Virus record (IMG/VR): IMGVR_UViG_3300023174_000046
Coordinates: 153,414 to 217,413 of that record
DNA length: 64,000 bases
Strand: one strand, 5' to 3'
Below, one piece after another: positions 48,798 to 57,713 of the stretch (positions are counted from its first letter, which is position 1; each line of letters begins with the position of its first letter). Position numbers and translations under genes: made by a program. The notes beneath the pieces were generated by a model. It made no database searches. It was not told the origin of the DNA and was given only the letters and a program-made list of their open reading frames with translations.

Positions 48798-49010
48798 ATG
48801 AAAACAGTATTAATTTACGATATTGAATATGCAGAACATGATAAGCGCAAAAAGCTTCCTACTGAACTCATTGCCGATCTTGACAGTTACAAATGTCAAG
48901 TTGGTTATGGTAATTTGAATTACCGTACCCATCAAGCAGTTCATGAAGCCACAGGTGTATACGCAAAGCACTGTAAAATTGAGTTGTTAGATGGATGTAA
49001 ACAAGCTTAA
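48798..49010 (+). CDS. Hypothetical protein
   Basis: ORF track. Confidence 0.6.
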   Translation: MKTVLIYDIEYAEHDKRKKLPTELIADLDSYKCQVGYGNLNYRTHQAVHEATGVYAKHCKIELLDGCKQA

Positions 49011-49209
49011 ACATCTTCAAGAATTACTTGAACAACTCAAAGAAGAGTTGGAATCAATCCACCGAAACGATAAGTTAAGAGGCGGAACAACAGGTCATCG
49101 ATCTGGTTCTCGCTTAACAACTACTAGACAAATGTTATTGATTGTTAATCATTTAGCTCAAGAAGCTTTTTGGTCTTGATTTAGTCATAAATTCATTTAC
49201 AATTGTAGT

Positions 49210-49524
49210 ATGATGAATGAAAAACCAACGTGGTTCTACACGAACGCCCCCACAAAAAAAGCGGCGCTCAAATTAATGAAGTCAGAACATAAAGTCAAAC
49301 TGGCTCGTCGACTGTGTAATGTTGATGAGTTTGTAAAGAGAATGAAAGGCTCCAAGGGTACTTGGCTGCATTCTCAACTCGATAAACAATGTCTTAATGT
49401 TTTGATTGGAGAGTTCTTAACTCAAGACCCGAGAGAATACTGGAACAAGTATGGACGGGTTGATGAAGACAAGCTTAATTTCGTTATGAAAAAAGCTACA
49501 AAAAAGAACTTGACAGCATTATAA
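49210..49524 (+). CDS. Hypothetical protein (early)
   Basis: TTGATT-16-TACAAT-6-ATG. Confidence 0.6.
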   Translation: MMNEKPTWFYTNAPTKKAALKLMKSEHKVKLARRLCNVDEFVKRMKGSKGTWLHSQLDKQCLNVLIGEFLTQDPREYWNKYGRVDEDKLNFVMKKATKKNLTAL

Positions 49525-49545
49525 ATTCACATATAATATAAGGAG

Positions 49546-50454
49546 ATGAAAATGGATCTTAAAATTAACTCAACGTCGTTCGTCGACATCAATCAAGTAA
49601 ACATTCCGGATGCGTTCTACAGGAGAATGACCTCTGGTATTGAACAGCTCGATAACCTGTTTGGCAGTGGCCTGCTTCCTGGCAGTACTATTACTATTGC
49701 GGCTCGAGCAGGTCTAGGCAAAACTACTCTAATGCTACAATTGCTTCAAGGTCTTGTTAATACAGGTCATGAAGTAGGTTATTGTTCTAATGAAGAATCA
49801 ATTGAGCAATTGGCCATGACTTGTAAGCGTCTCAACGTTAATAACATTCGTGCTTGTAATGAATCTAATGTTGATGTTATTAGCTCTTACATGGATAAGT
49901 TTGATGTGCTTGTTGTGGATTCCTTTCAAGGACTCAGCAAGGGCAATCTATCCGGTCGAGCTCTAGAGAAGTATTGTATTGAGAAGCTCATCAAGAAAGC
50001 TAAAAGCTCTGAATGTGTTCTCATTCTAATCTGTCACAATACTAAGGCAGGTCAGATCAAGGGCAGTTCATTGATCATTCATGCAGTTGATGTGAATATC
50101 GCTATTGAACCTGTTAAAGATGCAGAGATCAATGCACGTCGCATTGTGTTCAATAAAAATCGCTTTGGTCCTTCGAACGATCTGGAATGTTATATTGAGC
50201 AGAATGGTTATGACTTTCAGTCGGAGGTTGCTCTATTGGGCGAAGAAGGTGTCAAGCCGTCCAAGAAGAAAGCCAAGAACCAGCAACGTGAGCAGATCTT
50301 AACCATGGAAGATATCTCCATCAAGGGTGTTTGTAAGTTGTTAGGTATTGATGCAACGAGAGCTGGCTTTCTCCTTCGAGAGCTTCAACTTGAAGGTGTC
50401 ATTGTGAAGGAAGGTCGCGGTGCAGATGCGCGATGGGTTAAAGAGGTGGCTTGA
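49546..50454 (+). CDS. RadA/Sms-like RecA-family ATPase with C-terminal HTH-like region
   Basis: SGIEQLDNLFG.G, ARAGLGKTT, VVDSFQ, H.TKAGQIKG, KNRFG. Confidence 0.85.
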   Translation: MKMDLKINSTSFVDINQVNIPDAFYRRMTSGIEQLDNLFGSGLLPGSTITIAARAGLGKTTLMLQLLQGLVNTGHEVGYCSNEESIEQLAMTCKRLNVNNIRACNESNVDVISSYMDKFDVLVVDSFQGLSKGNLSGRALEKYCIEKLIKKAKSSECVLILICHNTKAGQIKGSSLIIHAVDVNIAIEPVKDAEINARRIVFNKNRFGPSNDLECYIEQNGYDFQSEVALLGEEGVKPSKKKAKNQQREQILTMEDISIKGVCKLLGIDATRAGFLLRELQLEGVIVKEGRGADARWVKEVA

Positions 50455-50945
50455 AGGTAGGATTCAATTGCAGCTCGTTTGACCTCTTGCATGCAGGGCA
50501 TGTCACAATGCTTCGTATGGAAAAAGAACTCTGTGATTATCTCAAAGTAGCTTTGCAGGTTGACCCAACAATTGATAGGCCGGGTATTAAAAACAAACCT
50601 GTGCAGAGTGTTTACGAGAGATACATACAGCTTCAAGCATGCAAGTATGTTGATGAAATTCTCGTTTATAGTACAGAATTTGATTTGTTACAATTGTTGA
50701 TGACACAAACAGTGCATGTACGTTTCTTGAGTGAAGAATACGAGAACAGAGACTTTACAGGTAAACAATACTGCATTGATAATGGAATAGAATTGCATTA
50801 CCATAAGCGTCGTCATGTGTATTCTTCCAGTGAATTGCGCGAAAGAACGGCAAATTTAGAAAGCGCCAAGAAAGAATCTACTGTAGAGGTTCCACCTCAA
50901 TATTCTCCCAAGCTAATAAAAATGCCTAGCAACGTAATCAGCTAA
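50451..50945 (+). CDS. Glycerol-3-phosphate cytidylyltransferase-like (TagD-like)
   Basis: SFDLLHAGH, YVDEI, YSSSELR. Confidence 0.88.
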   Translation: MKVGFNCSSFDLLHAGHVTMLRMEKELCDYLKVALQVDPTIDRPGIKNKPVQSVYERYIQLQACKYVDEILVYSTEFDLLQLLMTQTVHVRFLSEEYENRDFTGKQYCIDNGIELHYHKRRHVYSSSELRERTANLESAKKESTVEVPPQYSPKLIKMPSNVIS

Positions 50946-51328
50946 TGAGCCGCTCTGATCACATCATAGAAAACCGAGCATCTGCTAGCTACATTGCTGA
51001 ATATGGTGCACCCAAGCTTGAGCTAGAGAATGTGCATCAATTCAAGAATGATACTCAAAACAATCTCAACAATAAAATTAAAGCTCGGTTGGGTGATTTG
51101 CAGAAAGAATATAAAGAGCTGGAAGATTTATATCATTACAATGTATTTGTTGATCAATTTGAGCATAACTTTATTCCAGTAACAGGTCATGTATATTTTC
51201 TGTATGACTATAACAACCATAAGTTCCTGAGTCTCATAGAGCCAGAGAATTTCTTATTGTGCAAAGAAGGATTTGTAGGTAGATGTCGCTACAATGGTTT
51301 AGGCTTCTTTGAAAAAATAGTTGACTAG
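50945..51328 (+). CDS. DUF2452-like protein
   Basis: F.PV.G..Y.LY.....FLSLI.P. Confidence 0.6.
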   Translation: MSRSDHIIENRASASYIAEYGAPKLELENVHQFKNDTQNNLNNKIKARLGDLQKEYKELEDLYHYNVFVDQFEHNFIPVTGHVYFLYDYNNHKFLSLIEPENFLLCKEGFVGRCRYNGLGFFEKIVD

Positions 51329-51354
51329 ATTCTAGATTCAGATATAATATTGGT

Positions 51355-51621
51355 ATGATGAAAAAACAAACGAACAAAGAATACAGCCTGTTGGTGTTTA
51401 TGAAAGCTCAGCACAAATATACCGATTCCGAGGTTCATCTTGAAACATTGTGCAAAGAGAAGTATAATGGGCGAGGTGTTGGAGGGGGTACTAACTTGAG
51501 CAATGGCAAGCGAGATCAGCAATTTGTTTTCGAGAGTAAAACAGATGCAAAAGCTTTTCTTAGACATCCTTTTACTAAAGCAGTTATTCTTAAAGATTAT
51601 GATCTTGTGGAGATTGATTAA
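51355..51621 (+). CDS. Hypothetical protein (early)
   Basis: TTGACT-16-TATAAT-6-ATG. Confidence 0.6.
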   Translation: MMKKQTNKEYSLLVFMKAQHKYTDSEVHLETLCKEKYNGRGVGGGTNLSNGKRDQQFVFESKTDAKAFLRHPFTKAVILKDYDLVEID

Positions 51622-51622
51622 T

Positions 51623-52000
51623 ATGAACCTCAAAACAGTACAACTTCCAGAGCAAATGCCATTTGTTGGCCAGCATGTAACGGAATTTCATTACACTGAT
51701 CGTGATGCCTGGGAAGTGATTGAAGTGATTAGTCCTCGCAAGATCAAGATTCGTGAACTAGATTCAGAATGCACCCGCAAGCCCAAAGAATTCTACCCAG
51801 GTGGCTTCTGTGGGCATTTTGCAGACAATCATTCTCAAGAGTACAAGCTAACTAGCAACTCTGCTAACAGAGTGAAGACTCTTAGTTGGCGCTCCAAAGC
51901 TAAACGCTGGGCTGAAGTGGGTCAGAGAACCCAATATAGTTTGTTTGGATTGCACAAAAAAGGCGAACAAGCCACAAAGTTCTACGATTACAATTTTTAA
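51623..52000 (+). CDS. Hypothetical phage protein
   Basis: P.VG..VT...YTDR...YDYNF pattern. Confidence 0.6.
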   Translation: MNLKTVQLPEQMPFVGQHVTEFHYTDRDAWEVIEVISPRKIKIRELDSECTRKPKEFYPGGFCGHFADNHSQEYKLTSNSANRVKTLSWRSKAKRWAEVGQRTQYSLFGLHKKGEQATKFYDYNF

Positions 52001-52035
52001 GTTGACTCATTTCAAATTTCAGCCATAATATGTGT

Positions 52036-52317
52036 ATGATGAAAACAATGACAGCAACACAATATCAGAAACAGTTTGAAATGGATTGGAAGGAGTGGCA
52101 GGGAGTGATGAAGAACCTTTCTCCTCTAACTCAGATGCAGGTTCGCTCTGGTGCATCCTATAAGTTGAGCAGAGAGATGGAAGGCACAGGGTGTGGCATT
52201 GGCTCTTCAGATATTAATCATGAGATGTTTGGCATCTGGAAGGGCAATGCAAAAGATACAGATGCATATGTTCAGGAGTGTGTGGAGCTTTATGAGGAGC
52301 GCATCAATGCATCTTAA
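52036..52317 (+). CDS. Hypothetical protein (early)
   Basis: TTGACT-16-CATAAT-6-ATG. Confidence 0.6.
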   Translation: MMKTMTATQYQKQFEMDWKEWQGVMKNLSPLTQMQVRSGASYKLSREMEGTGCGIGSSDINHEMFGIWKGNAKDTDAYVQECVELYEERINAS

Positions 52318-52663
52318 GTTCAAAGATTTTACAGGCTCTGATTCTACTGACAAAGTGAATCTCCTCAAACAATCAATCTCCTTTGAGCGGTGTGCATATA
52401 TTGTTTCCAATGCATTTCTCAATGGATTGATCAAGTCAGGATTAACCCCCACACAGGCCATGAATGTTTATACTTCCAAAGCCTTTCGTCACAAGCTTGA
52501 TTGGGACCTGGAAGATGCTTTGGAGCGGGTAGCATTTAAGGCTGGTAAGAATGTTGGAGAAGGCTTCTATGCGCAACAAGAGCCTGAACATTGGATAAAT
52601 GGTAAGTTGCGTAAAGAAATTAAGAAAGAATTAGATAAAAGAATGGAGCCAGAGTTTGCATGA
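52307..52663 (+). CDS. Hypothetical protein
   Basis: Likely start MHLKF. Confidence 0.55.
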   Translation: MHLKFKDFTGSDSTDKVNLLKQSISFERCAYIVSNAFLNGLIKSGLTPTQAMNVYTSKAFRHKLDWDLEDALERVAFKAGKNVGEGFYAQQEPEHWINGKLRKEIKKELDKRMEPEFA

Positions 52664-52917
52664 GAACAGCACTGCATGATCAATTGCTGGATGCTATGGT
52701 CAAACATCCTTCAGATTATACCCCATGGGGCAAGGTGGAAAGATGGGCAGATGATAATAAACATTATCCGGATTGTTCTGCGGGATGCAAATATTTTAAC
52801 GCATTAGAAGGTAAGCTTGGATATGATTGGGGTGTCTGTATCAATGAAAAAAGTCACAGGTTTGGCATGTTAACCTTTGAACATCAAGCAGGAGTAGATT
52901 GTTTTGATAAAGCTTGA
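52660..52917 (+). CDS. Cys-rich protein, DUF3027-like
   Basis: C..GC.YF..L.G.LG.DWGVC.N. Confidence 0.55.
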   Translation: MRTALHDQLLDAMVKHPSDYTPWGKVERWADDNKHYPDCSAGCKYFNALEGKLGYDWGVCINEKSHRFGMLTFEHQAGVDCFDKA

Positions 52918-53107
52918 ACTGAATCTGTGTTCCTGCATAATAATAAAACTATGAACAAGCACGACTTTGCATATAACCTGAGACGCATCATTGAATTGGC
53001 TGAGCGTAGCACACAGACCATTGGTCATGAAGGTGATGACTGTCATATCATTAAAGTAATTGCAGAAGATATGTTGAACCATATCAATAAAGAGCTATAA
53101 TAACAAT

Positions 53108-53356
53108 ATGAAAAGAACTAAGAAAAAACTAGAAACAAAAATGGGAACAATAGCCCTGGGTCCATTTAAAAAGGTAACCTACTATCAGGCTGATATGACA
53201 GGGCCAGAAAATTATCTAGAGATGATTGCTCAAGTTGGAAGAAACGTTATCACTCAAGCTGAATATGTGAATATTGGCATGAATCACATACTTACACATA
53301 TGATTGGCAATAAGTTCGAGCTGGATGTGCCCAGAAGCTTCAAAGCGAAAAAATGA
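53108..53356 (+). CDS. Hypothetical protein (early)
   Basis: TTGAAC-16-TATAAT-6-ATG. Confidence 0.6.
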   Translation: MKRTKKKLETKMGTIALGPFKKVTYYQADMTGPENYLEMIAQVGRNVITQAEYVNIGMNHILTHMIGNKFELDVPRSFKAKK

Positions 53357-54021
53357 ATAAGTTTAAATTCGAATGGCAATTCATGGATGGTAAATCTTCT
53401 GATAGGGTTGGCAGTGTGGAAATATGCAGACCAACATTGACAATGCAATTTGAAGCTACTACTATTGATGAGGTTTTGAGGCAAGTAGGCTATTTTCTCA
53501 AGGGATGTTCTTATGAATTTGAAGGACAGGTGGGCATTGTAGATGAATAAAGCACAAGCTCAACAAGCTCTCATGCGCATAGTACTGGAGCCTGGTATTG
53601 CTGATCAATATACAGAAGAAGAAATAGAAAGGTTAGAAGAGTTAGCAGCAAGAAAATAATTTATGAGTAAACCTAAAGGCATTCTCATAGATCCTCCTTC
53701 AGGTTGGCAGTTTGGATTTCCTGATTATTATATTGCAGAAGAGCATGGCACCATGGAAGACTTCCTACGTCTCAAAAAATATCCAGAGAAAGATATTGAA
53801 TTTGCAATGCAATACATGCGGATTATAGGTGAAGAAGAATGAGTGTAAGTCTTATTGTATTGGTGGGGTTGATATACCTATATGTGGCTGTGGATCAATT
53901 CCTTAAAGGCAATCCAGGCATGAGCATTTGTTATTTGAGTTACGCTGTAGCTCAAGTTGGATGGTACTGGATTGCAGTAAAATAGTGTTGACCTATTTTT
54001 AATTTCAGCCATAATAGTAGT

Positions 54022-54555
54022 ATGATGAATGAAACGATAGAACAAATTGATTGGAATGCATTGTATTCTGTAGGTAAAGATAGCAAAGAGTTTACCTTTG
54101 ATATGTTTGATCCTTTGCTTCTAGCAGAAAATCCTGTTAGTCAGAATTGGACAGCTACTGTTACTTTCCGAGGACGTTATGGTGATAGAGCTAATGCAAA
54201 GAAGAATATCATCTTTCGTGGTGGTGTTCCTGCTCCTCATGAACTGGAAGCTAGTCATTCCTGGTACATGGTACAACCTGAACATAGCGTTAAAGGTCAA
54301 GATAAAGAGAATGATAAACTGTGGCGCAAGTATAATAAGTTAGAGCTCAAGCTTGATGAAGTGTTCCTCGCAGGATTTTTCAACGTGGCTTCTTTTGAGA
54401 TTCAGAGCTTCCTCATTGAAGCAGGATGGTACTCTCGCAAGTTTAGCATGCGTGCAGGATGCAGCATGTGCCCATGCTCTCCAGGATATAATCTTAAAAG
54501 TGCAAATGGATTCATTAAGAATACCGCTATTAATGTGGTCTTTAAAAAGAAATGA
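54022..54555 (+). CDS. Hypothetical protein with AGCSMCPCSPG motif
   Basis: Early promoter 53988-54015. Confidence 0.65.
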   Translation: MMNETIEQIDWNALYSVGKDSKEFTFDMFDPLLLAENPVSQNWTATVTFRGRYGDRANAKKNIIFRGGVPAPHELEASHSWYMVQPEHSVKGQDKENDKLWRKYNKLELKLDEVFLAGFFNVASFEIQSFLIEAGWYSRKFSMRAGCSMCPCSPGYNLKSANGFIKNTAINVVFKKK

Positions 54556-54735
54556 TCCTCAAAGTGATGGAACAATATGATGGGCGTTTGCCTGTCTTCA
54601 GTGTAGTGAAAGAAGTTACTGCATGTGATAATTGCGGGTTCCAGAAAGATGAGATAATCAAATCTTTTGATACATATGAAGAAGCAGATGCTTATTGCAG
54701 TAGCTTAATTGCAGAAGGCAAAGCCAAAGGATAAC

Positions 54736-55200
54736 ATGTCAGCATACATTTATAAGTTAATCAAACCAACAAAGAGCATCTGGATGAAGATTCAGGTTGA
54801 TGGTGATACTACAGTTGTTAGCAACGTTTACCATATGAAATTCTGGTACAAGCCTTATGCCGGCATGGAAGATGATAAGAAGCTTCAGAAGAAGCTCAGC
54901 AGAGAAGAAGCTAAAACAAAAGAGCTCTTCAAAGATGTTGATGTGGAATATGCAATTACTACTTATGAGGGTGATATTAGCAAGCCCTTCATCCATGGCG
55001 ATTTCTTTGGGTGCTGGCAAGTAGTGGCATGGAAGAAGCTCAAGAATATTGAAGGTGATATTACTAATTATCCTGCAGGTACCAATCGCATTCTGTTCAA
55101 TGATGAAAGCTTCAGCAATGTGTGGTGCAAGGCTGTGCTGGCTGACAAAGAAGATATTTATGATCATTTAACTAGCCCTGGAATGAAGGTACTAGCATGA
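54736..55200 (+). CDS. Hypothetical protein
   Basis: Likely start MSAYIY. Confidence 0.55.
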   Translation: MSAYIYKLIKPTKSIWMKIQVDGDTTVVSNVYHMKFWYKPYAGMEDDKKLQKKLSREEAKTKELFKDVDVEYAITTYEGDISKPFIHGDFFGCWQVVAWKKLKNIEGDITNYPAGTNRILFNDESFSNVWCKAVLADKEDIYDHLTSPGMKVLA

Positions 55201-55505
55201 AAAATATGAACACAATGAAACACCTAGCACAACGAATCGTTAACTTCTATGTTAATAGAGCGCTCTTTGCAAAAGAAGATGCATTGAAAGAGTTCGTTCA
55301 AGTATGCAATCAATCAGAGGGAGTGAAAGGCTACAAGCTACTGGATGAACATGCCAAGTTTATTGCACGCTTCTATGATTGGTATGTGGGTGTAGCAGAT
55401 AGGCCTCTCTCTGACATGATGAAGCTCATGGATGATTTCTTTGAGCAAGAATGCGGTGAAGCAGGATACACTTGGGAAGATCATATTGAATACGCCAAGC
55501 GCTAA
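55197..55505 (+). CDS. Hypothetical protein
   Basis: ATGA overlap. Confidence 0.55.
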   Translation: MKNMNTMKHLAQRIVNFYVNRALFAKEDALKEFVQVCNQSEGVKGYKLLDEHAKFIARFYDWYVGVADRPLSDMMKLMDDFFEQECGEAGYTWEDHIEYAKR

Positions 55506-55831
55506 AGACGCCAAGCATGAAGCGTTCATTACAAACTATCACGTGAAGTGTCAAGATGTTCTCAACAGAATGGGACCTGAAGCTCGCAAGATGATTCAAT
55601 GCAACAAAGACTTGAATGACATGTATGATATCTTTCTTGATTTTATTCTGGATACTCGTATAATGGTAGAATGAAAAAGCACATCCCCGATCCATATTGG
55701 CATAAAGTTATTAGCTTTGCAAAGAGTGGTCTGCGCATATTGGCCGGCACTGCACTCATTTTCTTCTGGATGCCCATTGCTGGCATCTTGTTCATTGCAG
55801 CAGAGTTGCTGGGTATCTTGGAGGAGATGGT

Positions 55832-56146
55832 ATGAGCATGCTAGCAATGCAAATGAGTGAACACATCAAATCAAACATTCTATCTTCTACAGCTTCACTC
55901 TGGCATGCCATGGGCATTGAAGTAACACAAGATAAAATCTGGAATGATCTGGCCCGCAGTGGCAATGGTGGCATTGAAGCCACATTCTATGTTACTGGAT
56001 TGGATAATGTGGTGCGAAAAGAATTTAATGCGCATGTGGAAACGCTCAAATCAAGCAATCCATGCATTCAAGAATTCAAAGTCAAGTTCAAGAGACCAGA
56101 GAAAGAAGTTCGTTTCTTTATTAAGATTGCAAATGAAACACATTAA
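55832..56146 (+). CDS. Hypothetical protein
   Basis: ATGA overlap. Confidence 0.55.
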   Translation: MSMLAMQMSEHIKSNILSSTASLWHAMGIEVTQDKIWNDLARSGNGGIEATFYVTGLDNVVRKEFNAHVETLKSSNPCIQEFKVKFKRPEKEVRFFIKIANETH

Positions 56147-56444
56147 GAACTTTGTATTTGACTTTGTTGGTTTCTTTATCATAGTGCTTGGCTCCTTTTT
56201 TATGCTTGTAGCAGAGATTGTGACTGTAGCAAAGCAAACATTAGAGAACATATTCTATGATGTCATTTGGCCTGCAATGGTAGAAGCATTCACTGATGTG
56301 TGTCTCATATGCATGATTGTATCACAAGGTGTTTGTGAGGCATTATCCAATTGCTTCCTTGGTGTGTCCAAATTCTCGCTTTGGATTGCACAATATTTTC
56401 ACAACAAATCTGAGTCTCTTATCACTGTTACTTGGCGCGATTAA
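56133..56444 (+). CDS. Hydrophobic hypothetical protein
   Basis: Likely start MKHIK. Confidence 0.5.
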   Translation: MKHIKNFVFDFVGFFIIVLGSFFMLVAEIVTVAKQTLENIFYDVIWPAMVEAFTDVCLICMIVSQGVCEALSNCFLGVSKFSLWIAQYFHNKSESLITVTWRD

Positions 56445-56634
56445 CTAAATAATTGCATGACATATGCGCGCTTAAGAGACATCATTGGTATGATGAATGG
56501 TGCACAATTGAATGCACCTGTTAAAGTGGTTGTGGCTGGCAAAGAGATTTTCATTGACAGAGTGGATGCAGAAGATAACAATGCAAATGCTCCTTATCTC
56601 AATTCAAACAAAGACGTTTAATTTTTGAACAAGG

Positions 56635-57705
56635 TCACAAGGACCATTTTTCAGTCAAATAAGAATTAACTGCAATCAATTCTGCATCAGTCAGAATTCT
56701 TTCATAAGCAAAAAATTCTCCAATGACACCATTGAAGTAGGCAATTTCAGAAACAAATCTGCGTCCAATGGCAACTTTGGCAGCATTGGTAGTAGATGAA
56801 TTGCCTTTGGTTTGAAAATCAGGATCTGATCCTGCAGCAGCACCATTGAACAATATGTCCACTTCGCCTGCTGCATAGTTAATTTTGGCTGTTATGATGC
56901 CAGGAGCAGTGTTATTCTTGAATGTGGCAGTGCTGATATCAGCAGGTGCTCCTTTGTCGTTCAAATCAGAATCAAGTCTCCTGCCTCCAGCTGCAAAATA
57001 CCATCCTTCATCATCAGCAGGGGCACCTGGTATCACAGATGGATTGCTCATGAATTTGATTCTGGAACCATTGCCTCCTCCTGGGCTAGGTCTGGTGGTG
57101 GTGAAAATAGCTTCAGGAAGTACAATGCCTGTGTTAGGATTGCCAAACTGTGCCACACAAACCAATGTGATGCCCGCCACATTGTTGGCAAAAGTGAGGG
57201 AGTTCGCATTACCGTTCAAATGATTGCCACTGTTGGAATCAAATTTTAGGTAATTCATGCCTTGGTAGGATGACAGAGCTGGACGAATGAGGCTGTTGGA
57301 TTGTTCAAAGTGTCTGTTGTTTGTGCTCAAGTCCAGCCATGTGGCCACTGGTGTGTTGAGAGCACAAGGGTTGCCAGATGCATCCAACACACTGACTCTG
57401 CGACTTGAATCAAGCCATATGCCTGGATTTGCAGCAGGGGGCACAAGTGGGTTGCTTCCAGCGCTGCCTGGATCTGCTCCAATGCCCATGGCCGCATCTC
57501 TGGATGCACCATGGTGTTCCAATTGTTTGCGAGCTTCTTGTATGATGCGCATTTGTTGCTGTTGATCAAAAGCCATGCTATCATTAATCATTCGCTTCTG
57601 TTGTTGATTGGGAAGCGCCGGACGCCAAGTGTTGGTATCTGGAGGATAAACTACATTTCTCCCCGGATCAGTGAGCGCATTTAAATAGTCATCAAACCAG
57701 TCCAT
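56635..57705 (-). CDS. Late protein: MDWFDDYL leader module + LamG/ConA-like domain
   Basis: WLDSS...VATWLDLS...F.G.IGE...Y.R.LT..E...V..YL..KW. Confidence 0.75.
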   Translation of the reverse strand: MDWFDDYLNALTDPGRNVVYPPDTNTWRPALPNQQQKRMINDSMAFDQQQQMRIIQEARKQLEHHGASRDAAMGIGADPGSAGSNPLVPPAANPGIWLDSSRRVSVLDASGNPCALNTPVATWLDLSTNNRHFEQSNSLIRPALSSYQGMNYLKFDSNSGNHLNGNANSLTFANNVAGITLVCVAQFGNPNTGIVLPEAIFTTTRPSPGGGNGSRIKFMSNPSVIPGAPADDEGWYFAAGGRRLDSDLNDKGAPADISTATFKNNTAPGIITAKINYAAGEVDILFNGAAAGSDPDFQTKGNSSTTNAAKVAIGRRFVSEIAYFNGVIGEFFAYERILTDAELIAVNSYLTEKWSL

Positions 57706-57713
57706 AACAGTAT

